Assembly: GCF_006345805.1 (NCBI RefSeq)
Contig: NC_043007.1
Span: 11,780,001-11,844,000 of the forward strand
DNA length: 64,000 bases
Direction: 5' to 3'
DNA from: Octopus sinensis
Lineage: Eukaryota
The position numbers were made by a program, and so were the translations under genes. Under the pieces are notes generated by a model that was not told the origin of the DNA, ran no database searches, and worked only from the letters and a program-made list of their open reading frames with translations. This document shows positions 26,501-39,131 of this stretch, piece after piece. How positions within the stretch are numbered: the first letter of the stretch is position 1; the number at the start of each line of letters is the position of its first letter.

Positions 26501-27749
26501 GGAGGAAAGATAGTGACCTTGGCTTCCAAAACTAATGTGATGGGGAGAAGGACCCCACCAAACCAGAGACATGGGTCTTAATACTTTCAACAAGGTAGAC
26601 TCTACAAAAGACAGCCAGAGTGTCTGGTGCTGGTGTTAAACTGAGTGAGGGATTGTCCTCCACTCAGGTGGGCCACAGTAGCATTTGAACTCAGGATGAA
26701 AATAGTTGGAACAAGTACCACTAGGTTTCCAATCCTATCTAAAGTTCTTAAAATTCTGCTAATCCTCTACTGTGGGTTATTACTTTTTTAATTGGCCCTG
26801 AGAGGACAAAAGGTAATGTTGATCTCAGCAAGAATTGAGCCCAGAGTGCAAGGAGCCTTTCTGCTGCTCTGACATTTCTGTTGATTCACTGCCTTGTGTT
26901 CGCCAATGTCTCTTGAGCCAGCATGAACATCACACACTCTCATTCAACTCCATTAGACATTTACAGGCCTTTGCCTTTGTCAGAATTGACAATCTGATAC
27001 AACCAAAAGGATGAGGGATAGTTAGAAGAATAAGGGCCAGTGCTCATAGACGTTGAAAGTCCTCTCAGGTTGTGAGGATGATGATGCACAACTTAAACAT
27101 CTGAAGTTTAAAGTTTCATCATCATCATCATTATCATCATCTTTATAATCACCTATTAATGTCCATATTCCATGCTGCCATGTGTTGGATGATTTGACAA
27201 GATCCGATGAGCCCAAAGACTGCATTGTGTTCCAATGTCTATTTCAGCTTCGTTTCTGTGACAGAATGACCTTCCTAATGCCAACCACTTTACACTGTGT
27301 ATTGGGTGCATTTTTCATGGCACCAGCACTATTGAAGTCAACATGCAGGTCGCCAAACTACAAACACTAAGTGGAGTCAACTTTATGCTTGTAGGATGAG
27401 GAGTAAAGAGGGGTACAGTATAAGGGAAAAGGGGCAAAGTGTAAGAAGAAAAGGGCCAGAGCAGAACAGGTTTCTTGTAGTAGAGGAACTACATGCCTAC
27501 TCACATTTTAGAAGAGGGTGGGGGTGACCAGGTGGAATCGGAAAGTGACAAAAAAATGTTTCTGAGGTAAAAATGTTTATGGGAGAGGAACTAGAAATTT
27601 GCTCTGAATTCCTGCTGTAGACTGAACTCAAAAATCAGGTGATCATATTTTTGGCCTGTCTTCCAGTTATTGGAATTTTGGTGACTTGATATATGTCTGC
27701 ATAAATTAGATTAGGAAATAGAGGCACAAGAAAAGTTGTATTTATGTTA

Positions 27750-28182
27750 CTCTTTTACTTGTTTCAGTCATTTGACTGCAGCCATGCTGGAGCACCGCCT
27801 TTAGTCGAGCAAATTGACTCCAGGACTTATTCTTTGTAAGCCTAGTACTTATTCTATCGGTCTCTTTTGCCAAACCGCTAATTTACGGCGACGTATACAC
27901 ACCAGCATCGGTTGTCAAGCGATGTTGGGGGGACAAACACACAAACATATACACACACACACACATACACACACGCACACACATACATACACGCAGACAC
28001 ACACACACATATATATATACGACGGGCTTCTTTCAGTTTCCGTCTGCCAAATCCACTCACAAGGCTTTGGTTGGCCTGAGGTTATAGTAGAAGACACTTG
28101 CCCAAGGTGCCACGCTATGGTATTGAACCCGGAACCATGTGGTTGGTAAGCAAGCTACTTACCACACTGCCACTCCTACGCC
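27750..28182 (-). mobile_element. SINE family A
   Basis: Full-length copy. Confidence 0.92.
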
Positions 28183-29559
28183 TATGTTTTGTAAGATGAA
28201 ATAGCGATTAATGTTTGGTGGGTGGGCTGATGGGAGGAGAAAGTCTTTTAATTAACAAATGGCTTTCCCCGAAACATTATTTTCTGTTTCACCCTATATT
28301 AGACTGTATACATCTATTTATTTTGCATTTAACTTGTAAAAACTACTTACTATCCTCATGTCAGACTTAGTTTGGAGTAAGGATAGTGTTTAGCTGCAAA
28401 AGAGAAAAGTGTTCTGAAATATCTAGGCAAAGGTTTGTGCATTCAGAATTAACTTAGTGTGTAATATGAAAATACAATTGGAAAGCTTTGAACAGATGGG
28501 GAGAGAAAATCAGATACCAGCAGTTTAAGGTGCATATAAATTAACTTAGATCTGGCAGAATATCTTTAAGCTTATAAACTAATTGGCAGGTGATGGTAAG
28601 GAGGAACAGGTGATGCTTATTGAATTAGTATTTCCTAAATATTTATACTTAAAATGATAAAATAATCAAGATCTACTTTCTAAACTATATTTTGGGTTTA
28701 TACCAATTTTAGAAATAACTGGGACAATTATCAAAATTGTTTTATATTTCAGTTTTACAGAAATCTATAAACTACATAGAGTTAGTTTAACTCTTTAAAG
28801 GTAAGGCAAAATGCTCTGAAGATTCAAAGACTCAGCTTCTCTCAATTTTTTATAACCCACTTCCAGTTTAGGGTGTTTTTACCTTTTAATTCCCTTTTTT
28901 TTTTTTGCCTTGGTGACCCTGTTAGTGCTGGTGCCACATAAAAAGCACTGGTGTTAGTGTCACATAAAAAGCACCCAGTACACTCTGCAAAGTGGTTGGC
29001 ATTAGGAAGGGCATCCAGCCATAAAAACCCTGCCAAAACGGACAATGGAGCCAGGTACAGCTCTCAGCCTTGCCAGCTTCTGTATAGAAAATGGTTATTA
29101 AATGCCAATGGTGATTATGATGATGATAATTTTTTTCTCACATACTCTGTTTCCTGACTATTTTTCTATGGTTTGTTTGTTTTTTTTTCGTTTTTTTTTT
29201 TCTTCCATGCCAAATTCAGAGCTAAGTTATGTACAAATGTATCATTCAATGTACCTCACTGACCCTGAAAGAAATACTATCAGAGTACAAGTTCCTATTA
29301 GGACCTCATGCTGGACAGGTCAAAAGAAAGAGGCCAAACTAACATGTACCACCTCTTCCAAGAAATAAAAATGGGTTTTCTTACACTGACACACCTACCT
29401 AGAAAAAAAAAAAAAAAGTTGCAAGAGCATCGATGACAATTCAAAACAACAAGGCCTGGAAGAAGAAACACAGAGTCAAAAGAAAAGTCATCAATGGATT
29501 GTGTTTCATAGGGAGTGAAGAGCTTAAATAAATAAGGGATATTATTGCCATTAAAGCAG

Positions 29560-30035
29560 TATCTATATAACTGTGTGATATCACTATTAATAGGACATTA
29601 CTGTGTAATATTAGCATTAGGGTATCATCTATATAGCTGTATGACATCATTGTTATTAGGATATCACTTATATAATTATGTGATATCGTTAGCATTTGTA
29701 CATCATCTATACAATTGTGTGATGTTACTCTTATTGGGGCATTACTTTTACAACTGTGTGATATCATTAGCATTAGACTATCATCATGTAGCTGTGTGAT
29801 ATTACTTTTATTAGGATATCACTTGTATAACTATGTGATATCATTAGCATTAGGACATCTGTATTGCGGCATGATATCACAAGCGTTAGGGCATCATCTG
29901 TATAGCTGTGTGATATCACTGTTATTAGGACATTGCTTGTATAACTGTGTGATGTTAACATTAGGACATGATCCATATAGTTGTGTGATATCATCACTGT
30001 CATATCACTGGTATAGCTATATGATACAGAATATC
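29560..30035. repeat. Degenerate 39-bp minisatellite with alternating A/B units (78-bp higher order)
   Basis: Unit starts at about 29637, 29676, 29715, 29754, 29791, 29830, 29906, 29945, 29981. Confidence 0.85.
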
Positions 30036-31084
30036 ATGTCTACAGAATAGGCGACAATGGAAACAATATGAATGTATTTATGTGCTGTCACTATATTATC
30101 AAGACACCATATCTATGCGACTTTAATATCTGCATTATCAGAAATGTCTCATCTCTATGTAAATATTCACAATTTGATGTCATATATATATACAATAGTG
30201 AACATTTTCTGTTGTTATACAATGGCTTTTACCATAGTAAATAACTTCCCATGTGCACATACATACACAATCATTTCCTTCTCCTCTCTCTCCATATATA
30301 TATATATTATATATATATATACATACATACATACATAATATACGTATATACTCACACACATACATACCCAGGCATATGCATATAAGCACTCACGTGTTTA
30401 TATATATATATATACACACATACACAGACACACTTACATACATATACACATTACATATATGTACATAAATAAATATATATACACACATATTCACAGTACA
30501 TCTATGTTCACATACACATATATCTATATGTACATTTATATATATGCATATATATATATATTGATATATTTATGTATATGTGTGTGTATATATATATATA
30601 TGTTTGTGTTTAAATGAAAATAGATATAGCGTTAAGAATCATATACAGACACTGATATCTATTCCTCCACACATCAAATATATACGCACGCTTGCACACA
30701 CACACACCACACACACACACACATACACACACACACATGCATATACATGTACATTTACATATGTTAAACAGAAAGTAATAATTTTATGCATTACACACAT
30801 ACACACACACACACACATAATATATACATATATATGTGTGTGTATAGTATGTATGTATGTATGTCTGTATGTATGTATGTATATAATTGTGTACATAGTG
30901 ACATATATACACACACATTCATACATACATGGGAGTGGGTCGGTTGGGAGGCATTTGTATTGCCCAACCAGCTTTCAATGAAATAATGTATTATTCAAAG
31001 ACTCTTGTAGATGAAATTAAATAAAAGAGATGGCAAAGGAGGTGGCGGGGGGGGGAGGGGAGAAAGAATAGAAAAAGAATTTAC

Positions 31085-31460
31085 CGGGTTCTTAGATATT
31101 AATTTTGATCTAAGGAGAGTAGCATTCAATTTTCTGAAAGTCTTATTGATTCCCCATATCTGCATCACTGCTACTACGTAAATAAGCTTCACTGCAAGTC
31201 AACCCTGTGTTCATAGAGAGAGAGAGACAGACAGACATAAGTACTTCTTGTTGGTTGTTACAAGTTTCCTTAAAAACCTACTTTGCTTTGCTTTCAATAA
31301 TCAACCTCTTAATCTTGTCGATCTTTTGTTTCCATAAAGTCTATCTTCTGAATAATTACTATGTCGACAATATTAGACAGAGCCATATTTTAGAACTGAT
31401 AAAAGATGAAACATCAATTAGTGCCATTTTCGAAATTGCTTTTGTTATATCTGTATTGCC
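31085..31460 (-). other. Candidate minus-strand exon (UTR, with possible ATG at 31165: MQIWGINKTFRKLNATLLRSKLISKNP)
   Basis: Acceptor TTTCAG|G at 31460; donor CCG|GTAAAT at 31085; unique sequence. Confidence 0.3.
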
Positions 31461-32288
31461 TGAAATTTCATTATGAATTCATTGTTTTTCTGTGAGTTTT
31501 AGAAAGGTTATGGAAGCTGTTAATGAATTTATGATATTTTAGGACACTCGTTACTATATTAATTAAGCTCCAGAAACAACTAAACCTGAAGTTTCTGTTT
31601 GTAACTTTAGATTTTTATGTGAGGAAAAAATAAGGATTATCATTGGCATGTAAAAAGCACCAACCGATCATGGCCGTTTGCCAGCCTCCTCTGGCCCCTG
31701 TGCCAGTGGCACATAAAAAGCACCCACTAAACTCATGGAGTGGCTGGCATTAGGAAGGGCATCCAGCTGTAGAAACACTGCCAGATCGGACTGGAGCCTG
31801 GTGCAGCATCCTGGCTTCCCAGACCCTAGTCGAACTGTCCAACCCATGCTAGCATGGAAAACGGACATTACACGATCATCATTATCATCGTCATCTTTGT
31901 TTGAATGTCCACTAGATTTTCTCTGGCCAGATGTCCTTCCTGCCACCAACCTTCACTTATTTCCAAGCAAGATGGCCAGACATGTTCTTGTGGAATACTA
32001 GAAATGAATGGCAACACTTGTATAACAGTGACACTCATCTACAACTACTAAACAATGTGAACAGAAGGAGATATAAACAACGCACACCCCCATATACACA
32101 CACACATATTTGAAGGGATTCTTTTCAGTTTCCTTCTCCCAAATCCACTGACATGGCTTTGGTCAGCTCAGGGCTGTAGTAGAAGACACTTGCCCAAAGT
32201 GCCACATTGTGAAACTGAACCCAAAACATCTATACCTGTACCTAAAACATCTACACCTATACCTGTACCTCCAAGACTTCTATTTTCT

Positions 32289-32627
32289 GAGACCCCCTTC
32301 GGTCACGACACAGACCATGGGATTGCACCTAGAAAGTTACCTTCCCAGGCACAAGTCCGGGCAAGGTTGTTTATGGAAGACCAGCAGTCACCCATGCATA
32401 CCAGCCTCCCCTCTCCATACTACTGATGTTATCCAAGGGAAAGGCAAAGGGGCCGATACAGCTTGGCACCTGTGACATTGCAACTCATTTCTACAGCTGA
32501 GTGAACTGGAGCAACGTGAAATAAAGTGTCTTGCTCAAGAACACAACACGCAGCCTGGTCTGGGATTCGAGCTCACAGCCTCACGACCGTAAACTCAACG
32601 CTCTAACCACTGAGCCATGCGCCTTCA
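32289..32627 (-). mobile_element. SINE family C
   Basis: Near-identical to 22734-23073. Confidence 0.92.
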
Positions 32628-33132
32628 TTCTGTTTTAATCCGGATGTTATTAAGTCAAACCCGGCTGTTCACATTGTATAAGTAGTCTCCTGAGGGAATT
32701 CTCTTTAAATTTATTTTGAGGAATCTTGGAAATATATGCCATTTCTTTCAGTACATTGGTCTTGTTAAAACACATGCTTCAAATCATATAAAATTATTCA
32801 AATAGGACTTCAGCACTTAATCCACAAATGATTAAATGTTACTATAGATTGCATGCTACCACAAAGTTGCATGGAATATTCAAAATTAATTGATCCATAT
32901 CTGGACTCTATTGACTCTCAAGGATCCATGAACTCTGTCTAATGAAGTCCATAAAATGAAAATCATTATTCATTAATTAAGAAACTATTTTGACTACAGA
33001 TAATATCGATGACATTGCACAAAATTTTTGAAAAGGAGTTGGTTGTGTCAGTGACTATTACAATGGTACCAAAACTGAATGGTGGAGGAGACATTGTTCT
33101 CGATGATAGCAATATTATAGAAATTTTATCAT

Positions 33133-33298
33133 GGGCGTAGGAGTGGCTGTGTGGTAAGTAGCTCGCTTACCGACCACATGGTTCAGGGTTCAGTCCCACT
33201 ATGTGGCACCTTGGGCAAGTGTCTTCTACTATAGCCTTGGTCCGACCAAAGCCTTGTGAGTGGATTTGGTTGACGGAAACTGAAAGAAGTCCGTCGTG

Positions 33299-33331
<33 letters not shown>

Positions 33332-33546
33332 GTGTGTGTTTGTGTGTCTGTGTTTGTCCGCCCAACATCGCTTGACAACCGATGCTGGTGTGTTTACATC
33401 CCCGTAACTTAGCGGTTTAGCAAAAGAGACTGATAGAATAAGTACTAGGCTTACAAAGAATAAGTCCCAGGGTCAATTTCCTCGACTAAAGGTGGTGCCC
33501 CAGCATGGCCACAGTCAAGTGACTGAAACAAGTAAAAGAGTAAAGA
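33133..33546 (+). mobile_element. SINE family A
   Basis: Full-length copy. Confidence 0.92.
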
Positions 33547-34901
33547 GTATGGCTTCCACTGGATTAGCATTTTATTTTTATCAGTAAGCTTAAATATCAA
33601 ATTATTACCATTGATTAAAGAATATGAATAACGGTAGTGTACATTAAACAGCAATGATGTGTGGGTGTTGATTGATATCATAACTGAATAACAGTGTGTG
33701 TTAAAGTAACAAGGTTGTGTTTGTAGTATGCATTGGTTTGATAAAGCATATACCAGTAATGTAAAAAGGTTAAATACTTCCAATTATAAATGGCCTTGAG
33801 CCAAAAAAAGTAGCTGAAGTTGGCTACAAAAGATCTCCTATCTGAACAGTTCAGCTTCTCCAGACAAAAGCAAGAGCCACAACCAGCAATGTGCTTCACT
33901 ACACAATATACATACTACACAGATAAACATTTGCCTTTCAGTTTAATTGATCTGCAGAAATAAGGTTCCAATATTGTTGTGTGATAACAACATGAATAAT
34001 CTCCTGTCTTCTCTCCGTATTGATAACAGCAATTTATTGCTCTGCTGATGGAAGAGAAATATAACCTTATTGTGGTAGAATACTTCGCTTGTTTTTGTCT
34101 TTCCTTTCCTTTCCTTCTAGGTTTATTATTATTATTATTATTATTATATTATTATCATTATTATTTTTTCTTTTTTTTTTTTTCCTTTCTCTCTTTGATA
34201 TTTGTTCAATAGTAAAATTATCTGCTGTCTTATTTGAAAGTCAGCTACGAATTTGTGTTGAAATATTTTCTACATGTCCCTTTTTTCTTTCTGCCAAATG
34301 CTAAGAAAATGTTATTTTCCTTCGATTAAAATCTTGGTCTTAATTCTCAAAGAAAATATAATTTTGTTGTTTTCATTGAAAAACTTGGAATGAATACGAA
34401 AGACGTTGCCTTTCTGGCTGCGGAAAGATAGGTCAGGACTGGGTGGAGGGAACAGGAATACGAACAGTGCTCTTGTTGTTGCTAGTGGTGGTCGTGGTGG
34501 TGATGCAAGTGGAATGTCAGCTTTTGTTTTTTTTTTCCAGCAGCATTAGCAACGAACCAGTCTCAATAAATCAGCCATTGACTTATTATTAACATAAAAA
34601 CAAAACAGAAAAAACGTAAATGATTTAGCAAAGTCAGCCATAGACAGATTTCTAACTTGGTTTTTTTTTGTTTTTTTTTTACTGATTTGTCCACACAATC
34701 GTTATATTTTAAGCCGATTGTTGAGGAGGTAGTAATATGGACAGAATACGTTGTCTTTAAATGGTTTGTTTTTTTTGTTTTTTTTGTGTGATAAGAATTA
34801 ATGGAAACTAAGTTTTATCTGAAATTATTTTGACACTGCTAGATTACAGCAATAACAGCAACCTATGGAATTGGTTTCTCTTTTCTTTTTGGGGTGGGTT
34901 T

Positions 34902-34947
<46 letters not shown>

Positions 34948-35399
34948 ATATATATATATATATTATATTTTCAAAATTGATTTTGTCTATATGTTTTTAT
35001 TAAATAACTATGATATAAATGTGCTGCGTCATAAACAGAATAAATTTTGACTTGGGGGAAAAAAAATTTTTAAAGATCAAATTATTGCCATTGATTGGTG
35101 GATGGGAATGATGGTGATGGTGATGGTGATGGGGGGGTGTTTAAATAAGCAAGGATGCGTGGGTGTCAGTTGATATCATGGGTGAATAACTTTGTGTGTG
35201 TATGTGTGTGTGTTGAAGTAGCAAGGCTGTTTGTGTATGTAAGCGTATGCCTGTGGAAATCAGGACAAAATAATGATGTGTGTTGAATTGCAAAGATGTG
35301 TGTCTGCTTATGTATGTGTGTGTGTGTGTGTGTGTGTCTGTGTGTGTGTGTGTTAGTGGAAATTGGGACTAAATAAACATGTATGCTGAATTGCAAAGG

Positions 35400-35620
35400 T
35401 GTGTGTGTGTCTGTCTGTCTGTGGAAATTCGAACTGAATTGTACAGTGTGTGTATGTGAGTTAGTGAATGTGTTTGCGTGTGTGTGGGTGTCTGTCTGTC
35501 TGTCTGTGGAAATTCGAACTGAATGGTACAGTGTGTGTTAGTGCATGTGTTTGTGTGTGTGTGTATCTGTCTGTCTGTCTGCGGAAATTCGAACTGAATG
35601 GTACAGTGTATGTATGTGTG
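35400..35620. repeat. Minisatellite: 28-bp core GTGGAAATTCGAACTGAATGGTACAGTG x3 in a GT microsatellite
   Basis: Cores at 35421, 35506, 35581. Confidence 0.9.
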
Positions 35621-36289
35621 TTAGTGCATGTGTTTGTGTGTGTGTGTGTGGGGGGGGAGGTGTATGTGTGTGTGCATGCGCGTAGTCATGTATCTGTCAA
35701 TGAAAATCAAAACCAAATGTTGGTGTGTATATATATATTGCAATATAGTATGGTTGTATGAATCGGTGAAAATGCAAACATCTTTGAGAGAAGTGTATCA
35801 CCTCTTTAATGTTAACATGTGTACAATTTATAATGGCAAAAACAAAGAGGTGTAGAAGAAGCCGGGGGTGGGGGGGTGTTTGAACCATCCACCCACCAAA
35901 CCAGCCAGCCAGCAAAATCAATGGTCAGTCAATCAGTCATCTATAAATATCTTTCCATGTTTTTATTACCATATCTTCCCTTGCTTTAATGAACTTGAGG
36001 TCTTGATTCACTGATCAAATCATCAAATCTGTTCTGATTCCTCTCCTATTCTTGTTATAGTTATTGAATTTTGACCTCTTTGGCAACCTTTTGCTCCACC
36101 AGAGGTTTCATTAAATATAATAGGTCTGGGCCGGCTATCCATCTGTCTGTCTGTCTCTGTCACTCATCTCTGTTTCCACTCTCACACCTTCGTTTTTCAC
36201 CTACCTCCCTATCACATTGTTATAATTTATATTTTAATTTACAAAAAAATGTTACAACTAAACTGTTCCTTTAAATTTTTTTATATTCT

Positions 36290-36950
36290 CCATTTAATCT
36301 GGCCATATATGTTCCAAATATTCTACCTGTTTTATGACCTGATCTAACCTCTCACACCTACCCTACAATGTCATTCTAAAGATATACAAACACCATTGCA
36401 ATCTTTAAGTTACAAGATAACTTTTTCTACTCTGGGCACAAGGCCCGAAATTTTGGGGGAGGGGGTCAGTCAATTAGATCGACCCCAGTACGCAACTGGT
36501 ACTTAACTTATCAACCCCGAAAGGATGAAAGGCAAAGTCAGCCTTGGTGGAAATTGAATTCAGAACGTAAAGACAGATGAAATACTGCTAAGCATTTTGC
36601 CCGGCGTGCTAACATTATTGCCAGCTCACCACCTTAAATATTCTTTTCTACTCTAGGCACAAGGCCTGAAATTTTGGACAGCGGGGGCAGTCGATTAGAT
36701 TGACCCCAGTATGCAACTAGTACTTAATTTATCCACCCCGAAAAGATGAAAGGCAAAGTTGACCTCGGCAGAATTTGAACTCAAAACGTAAAGACAGATG
36801 AAATACCGCTCAACATTTCACCCAGCGGGCTAATGTTTCTACCAGCTCACTGCTTTCTAGAAGTTACAAGGTAATGCATGATTAATTGAAAGGAACATGA
36901 ATAAATAACTAACACTAGAAGTTTAAATAAGCTGTGCATTAACTTTGTAT
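36290..36950. mobile_element. Old copy of the 44770-44990 MITE split by two minus-strand SINE B copies (36421-36855)
   Basis: tattctacctgttttatg...ctctcacacc.accctacaat.tcat left of the SINEs and taatgcatgatta right; TSD AAGTTACAAG(A/G)TAA at 36407-36420 and 36861-36874. Confidence 0.8.
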
Positions 36951-37213
36951 GGTTTTTCAACTTCAGGTGAGTTTCCTGTGCCATATATATCTTTTTGTCC
37001 TTTACATGTGTCAGTCATTGAACTGTGACCATCTTGGAGCACCACCCTGAGCAGGTTTAGTTGAACAAATCAACCGCAGTACTTTCTGTTTGAGTACTGC
37101 TACATTTTTATTTTGTTTTTTTGTTGTTTTTTTTTTGTTTTTGTTTTTTTGTCAAGCTACTAAGTTACTTGGATGTAAGTAGTGTGAGGGGAGAAATAGA
37201 GATACAAAACCAC

Positions 37214-37248
<35 letters not shown>

Positions 37249-37257
37249 TTGTGGTCT

Positions 37258-37678
37258 TTCAGGTTGGTGAGCTGGCAGATATGTTAGCAAACCGGACGAA
37301 ATGCTTAGCGGTATTTCATCTGCTGTTACATTCTGAGTTCAAATTCCGCCGAGGTCGACTTTGCTTTTCATCCTTTCGGGGTCGATTAAATAAGTACCAG
37401 TTTTGCACTGGGGTCGATATAATCGACTTAATCCATTTGTCTGCCCTTGTTTGTCCTCTCTGTGTTTAGACCCTTGTGGCTAGTAAAGAAATAGGTATTT
37501 CGTCTGCCGCTACATTCCGAGTTCAAATTCCGCCGAGGTCGACTTTACCTTTCATCCTTTCAGGGTCGATTAAATAAGTACTAGTTACGCACTGAGGTCG
37601 ATATAATTGACTTAATCCGTTTGTCTGTCCTTGTTTGTCCTCTCTGTGTTTAACCCTTTGTGGGTTGTAAAGAAAAAG
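37258..37678 (+). mobile_element. SINE family B with internal tandem unit (184 bp)
   Basis: Same junction AAAGAAATAG/GTATTTCG as at 11476. Confidence 0.92.
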
Positions 37679-38293
37679 GTTAATCCTAGGATCACTTGGT
37701 GTTAGTGGTTCCATTTGGTCTGCTAAGTCATATTCTATCATAACTTCCTTGATTTTCAAACTGATATCTAATAGATTCTTTTTAGATGTTATCAGCCAAC
37801 ATATTGTTTTAAGTTTTCCCTTACTAAACCTCATGATATTGCTTATAATAAATCTTGATTTTTTATGACTATACCAGCTAGAATGTCTGTCTTCTCCCTC
37901 AGCCCTATCCCTAACAGATACAGCCCTCTGTTCTTTGAGCCTTAGATATACAAGGGATTTGATAAACTAGTCTATAAATTAAAGCTGACCCTATAAAGAC
38001 AAAAAATCAGTGGCAGGCAGAGTCTTCTTCATAATTTTAGTAACTTCTATGCTGAAGTAGAGACGTTCTTTGTCTAACTCCTTAGCTTCTTGGAGATTTT
38101 AGGTATAATTATACTAATGTGTCCATCCGTTCTAATTTAATTAAATTATATGTCTTTGTGCAGCTGAAGATTGCTCTACATTTTAAATTGATGTAATGAT
38201 TACATTGTTTGATTGAATGAAATTGCATGAAATGATCGTACTGCATTACCTATGGATATACTTGTTGCTTATTTTGATATATATATATATATA

Positions 38294-38338
<45 letters not shown>

Positions 38339-38346
38339 GTATATAT

Positions 38347-38496
38347 AGGAGTGGCTGTGTGGTAAGTGGCTTGCTCATGAACCACATGGTTCCGGGTTCA
38401 GTCCCACTGCATGGCACCTTGGGCAAGTGTATAGCCTCGGGCTGACCAAAACCTTGTGAGTGGATTTGGTAGACGGAAACTGAAAGCAGCCCGTCG

Positions 38497-38535
<39 letters not shown>

Positions 38536-38733
38536 TTGTTGTCTGTTTTTGTTCTCCCAACATCGCTTGACAACTGATGCTGATGTGTTTACGTCCCCGT
38601 AGCTTAGCGGATCGGCAAAAGAGACCGATAGAATAAGTACTAGGCTTACAAAGAATAAGTCCTGGAGTCGATTTGCTCGACTAAAGGTGGTGCTTCAACA
38701 TAGCTGCAGCCAAATGATTGAAACAAGTAAAAG
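38347..38733 (+). mobile_element. SINE family A
   Basis: Full-length copy. Confidence 0.92.
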
Positions 38734-38749
38734 AGTGTATATATATATA

Positions 38750-39082
38750 TATATATATTGGTAAAAACGGTAAGATAACAAAAGAAAGAAAGGGACCTCA
38801 ATATTATGTAAATAGAGGAAATTTATCTATAAAATAATATGTTACAATTACTCTATAGTCAAGATAAAACTCTGAGTTTCAGATGCCAAAGTGGAAATCC
38901 ACAACACCATCTCTTCGGTTATCTGGCCATCTGAAAAAACGCTATGAAAAAATACCGTTATATAAAGGGAAATTACTGTGTTATATTTCTGCTACTTATA
39001 TAAAATAAGATTAAAATTTCGGCATCTGAAACTCAGAGTTTTATCTTGACTATTGAGTAATTGTAACATATTATTTTATAGA
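38750..39082 (-). mobile_element. Inverted-repeat element in (TA)n, possibly a Penelope-like terminus
   Basis: 62-bp inverted repeats 38826-38887 / 39021-39082 (1 mismatch); carries a hammerhead-like motif; (TA)n on both sides. Confidence 0.6.
38862..38924 (-). ncRNA. Candidate minimal type-I hammerhead ribozyme (variant core)
   Basis: AGATAA-CCGAAGA-GATG..GTGG/ATTT/CCAC..CATC-T-GAAA-CTCAGAG-TT-TTATCT; helix I 6 bp, helix III ACTC-A-GAGT, U4C variant. Confidence 0.55.
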
Positions 39083-39090
39083 TATATATA

Positions 39091-39131
<41 letters not shown>

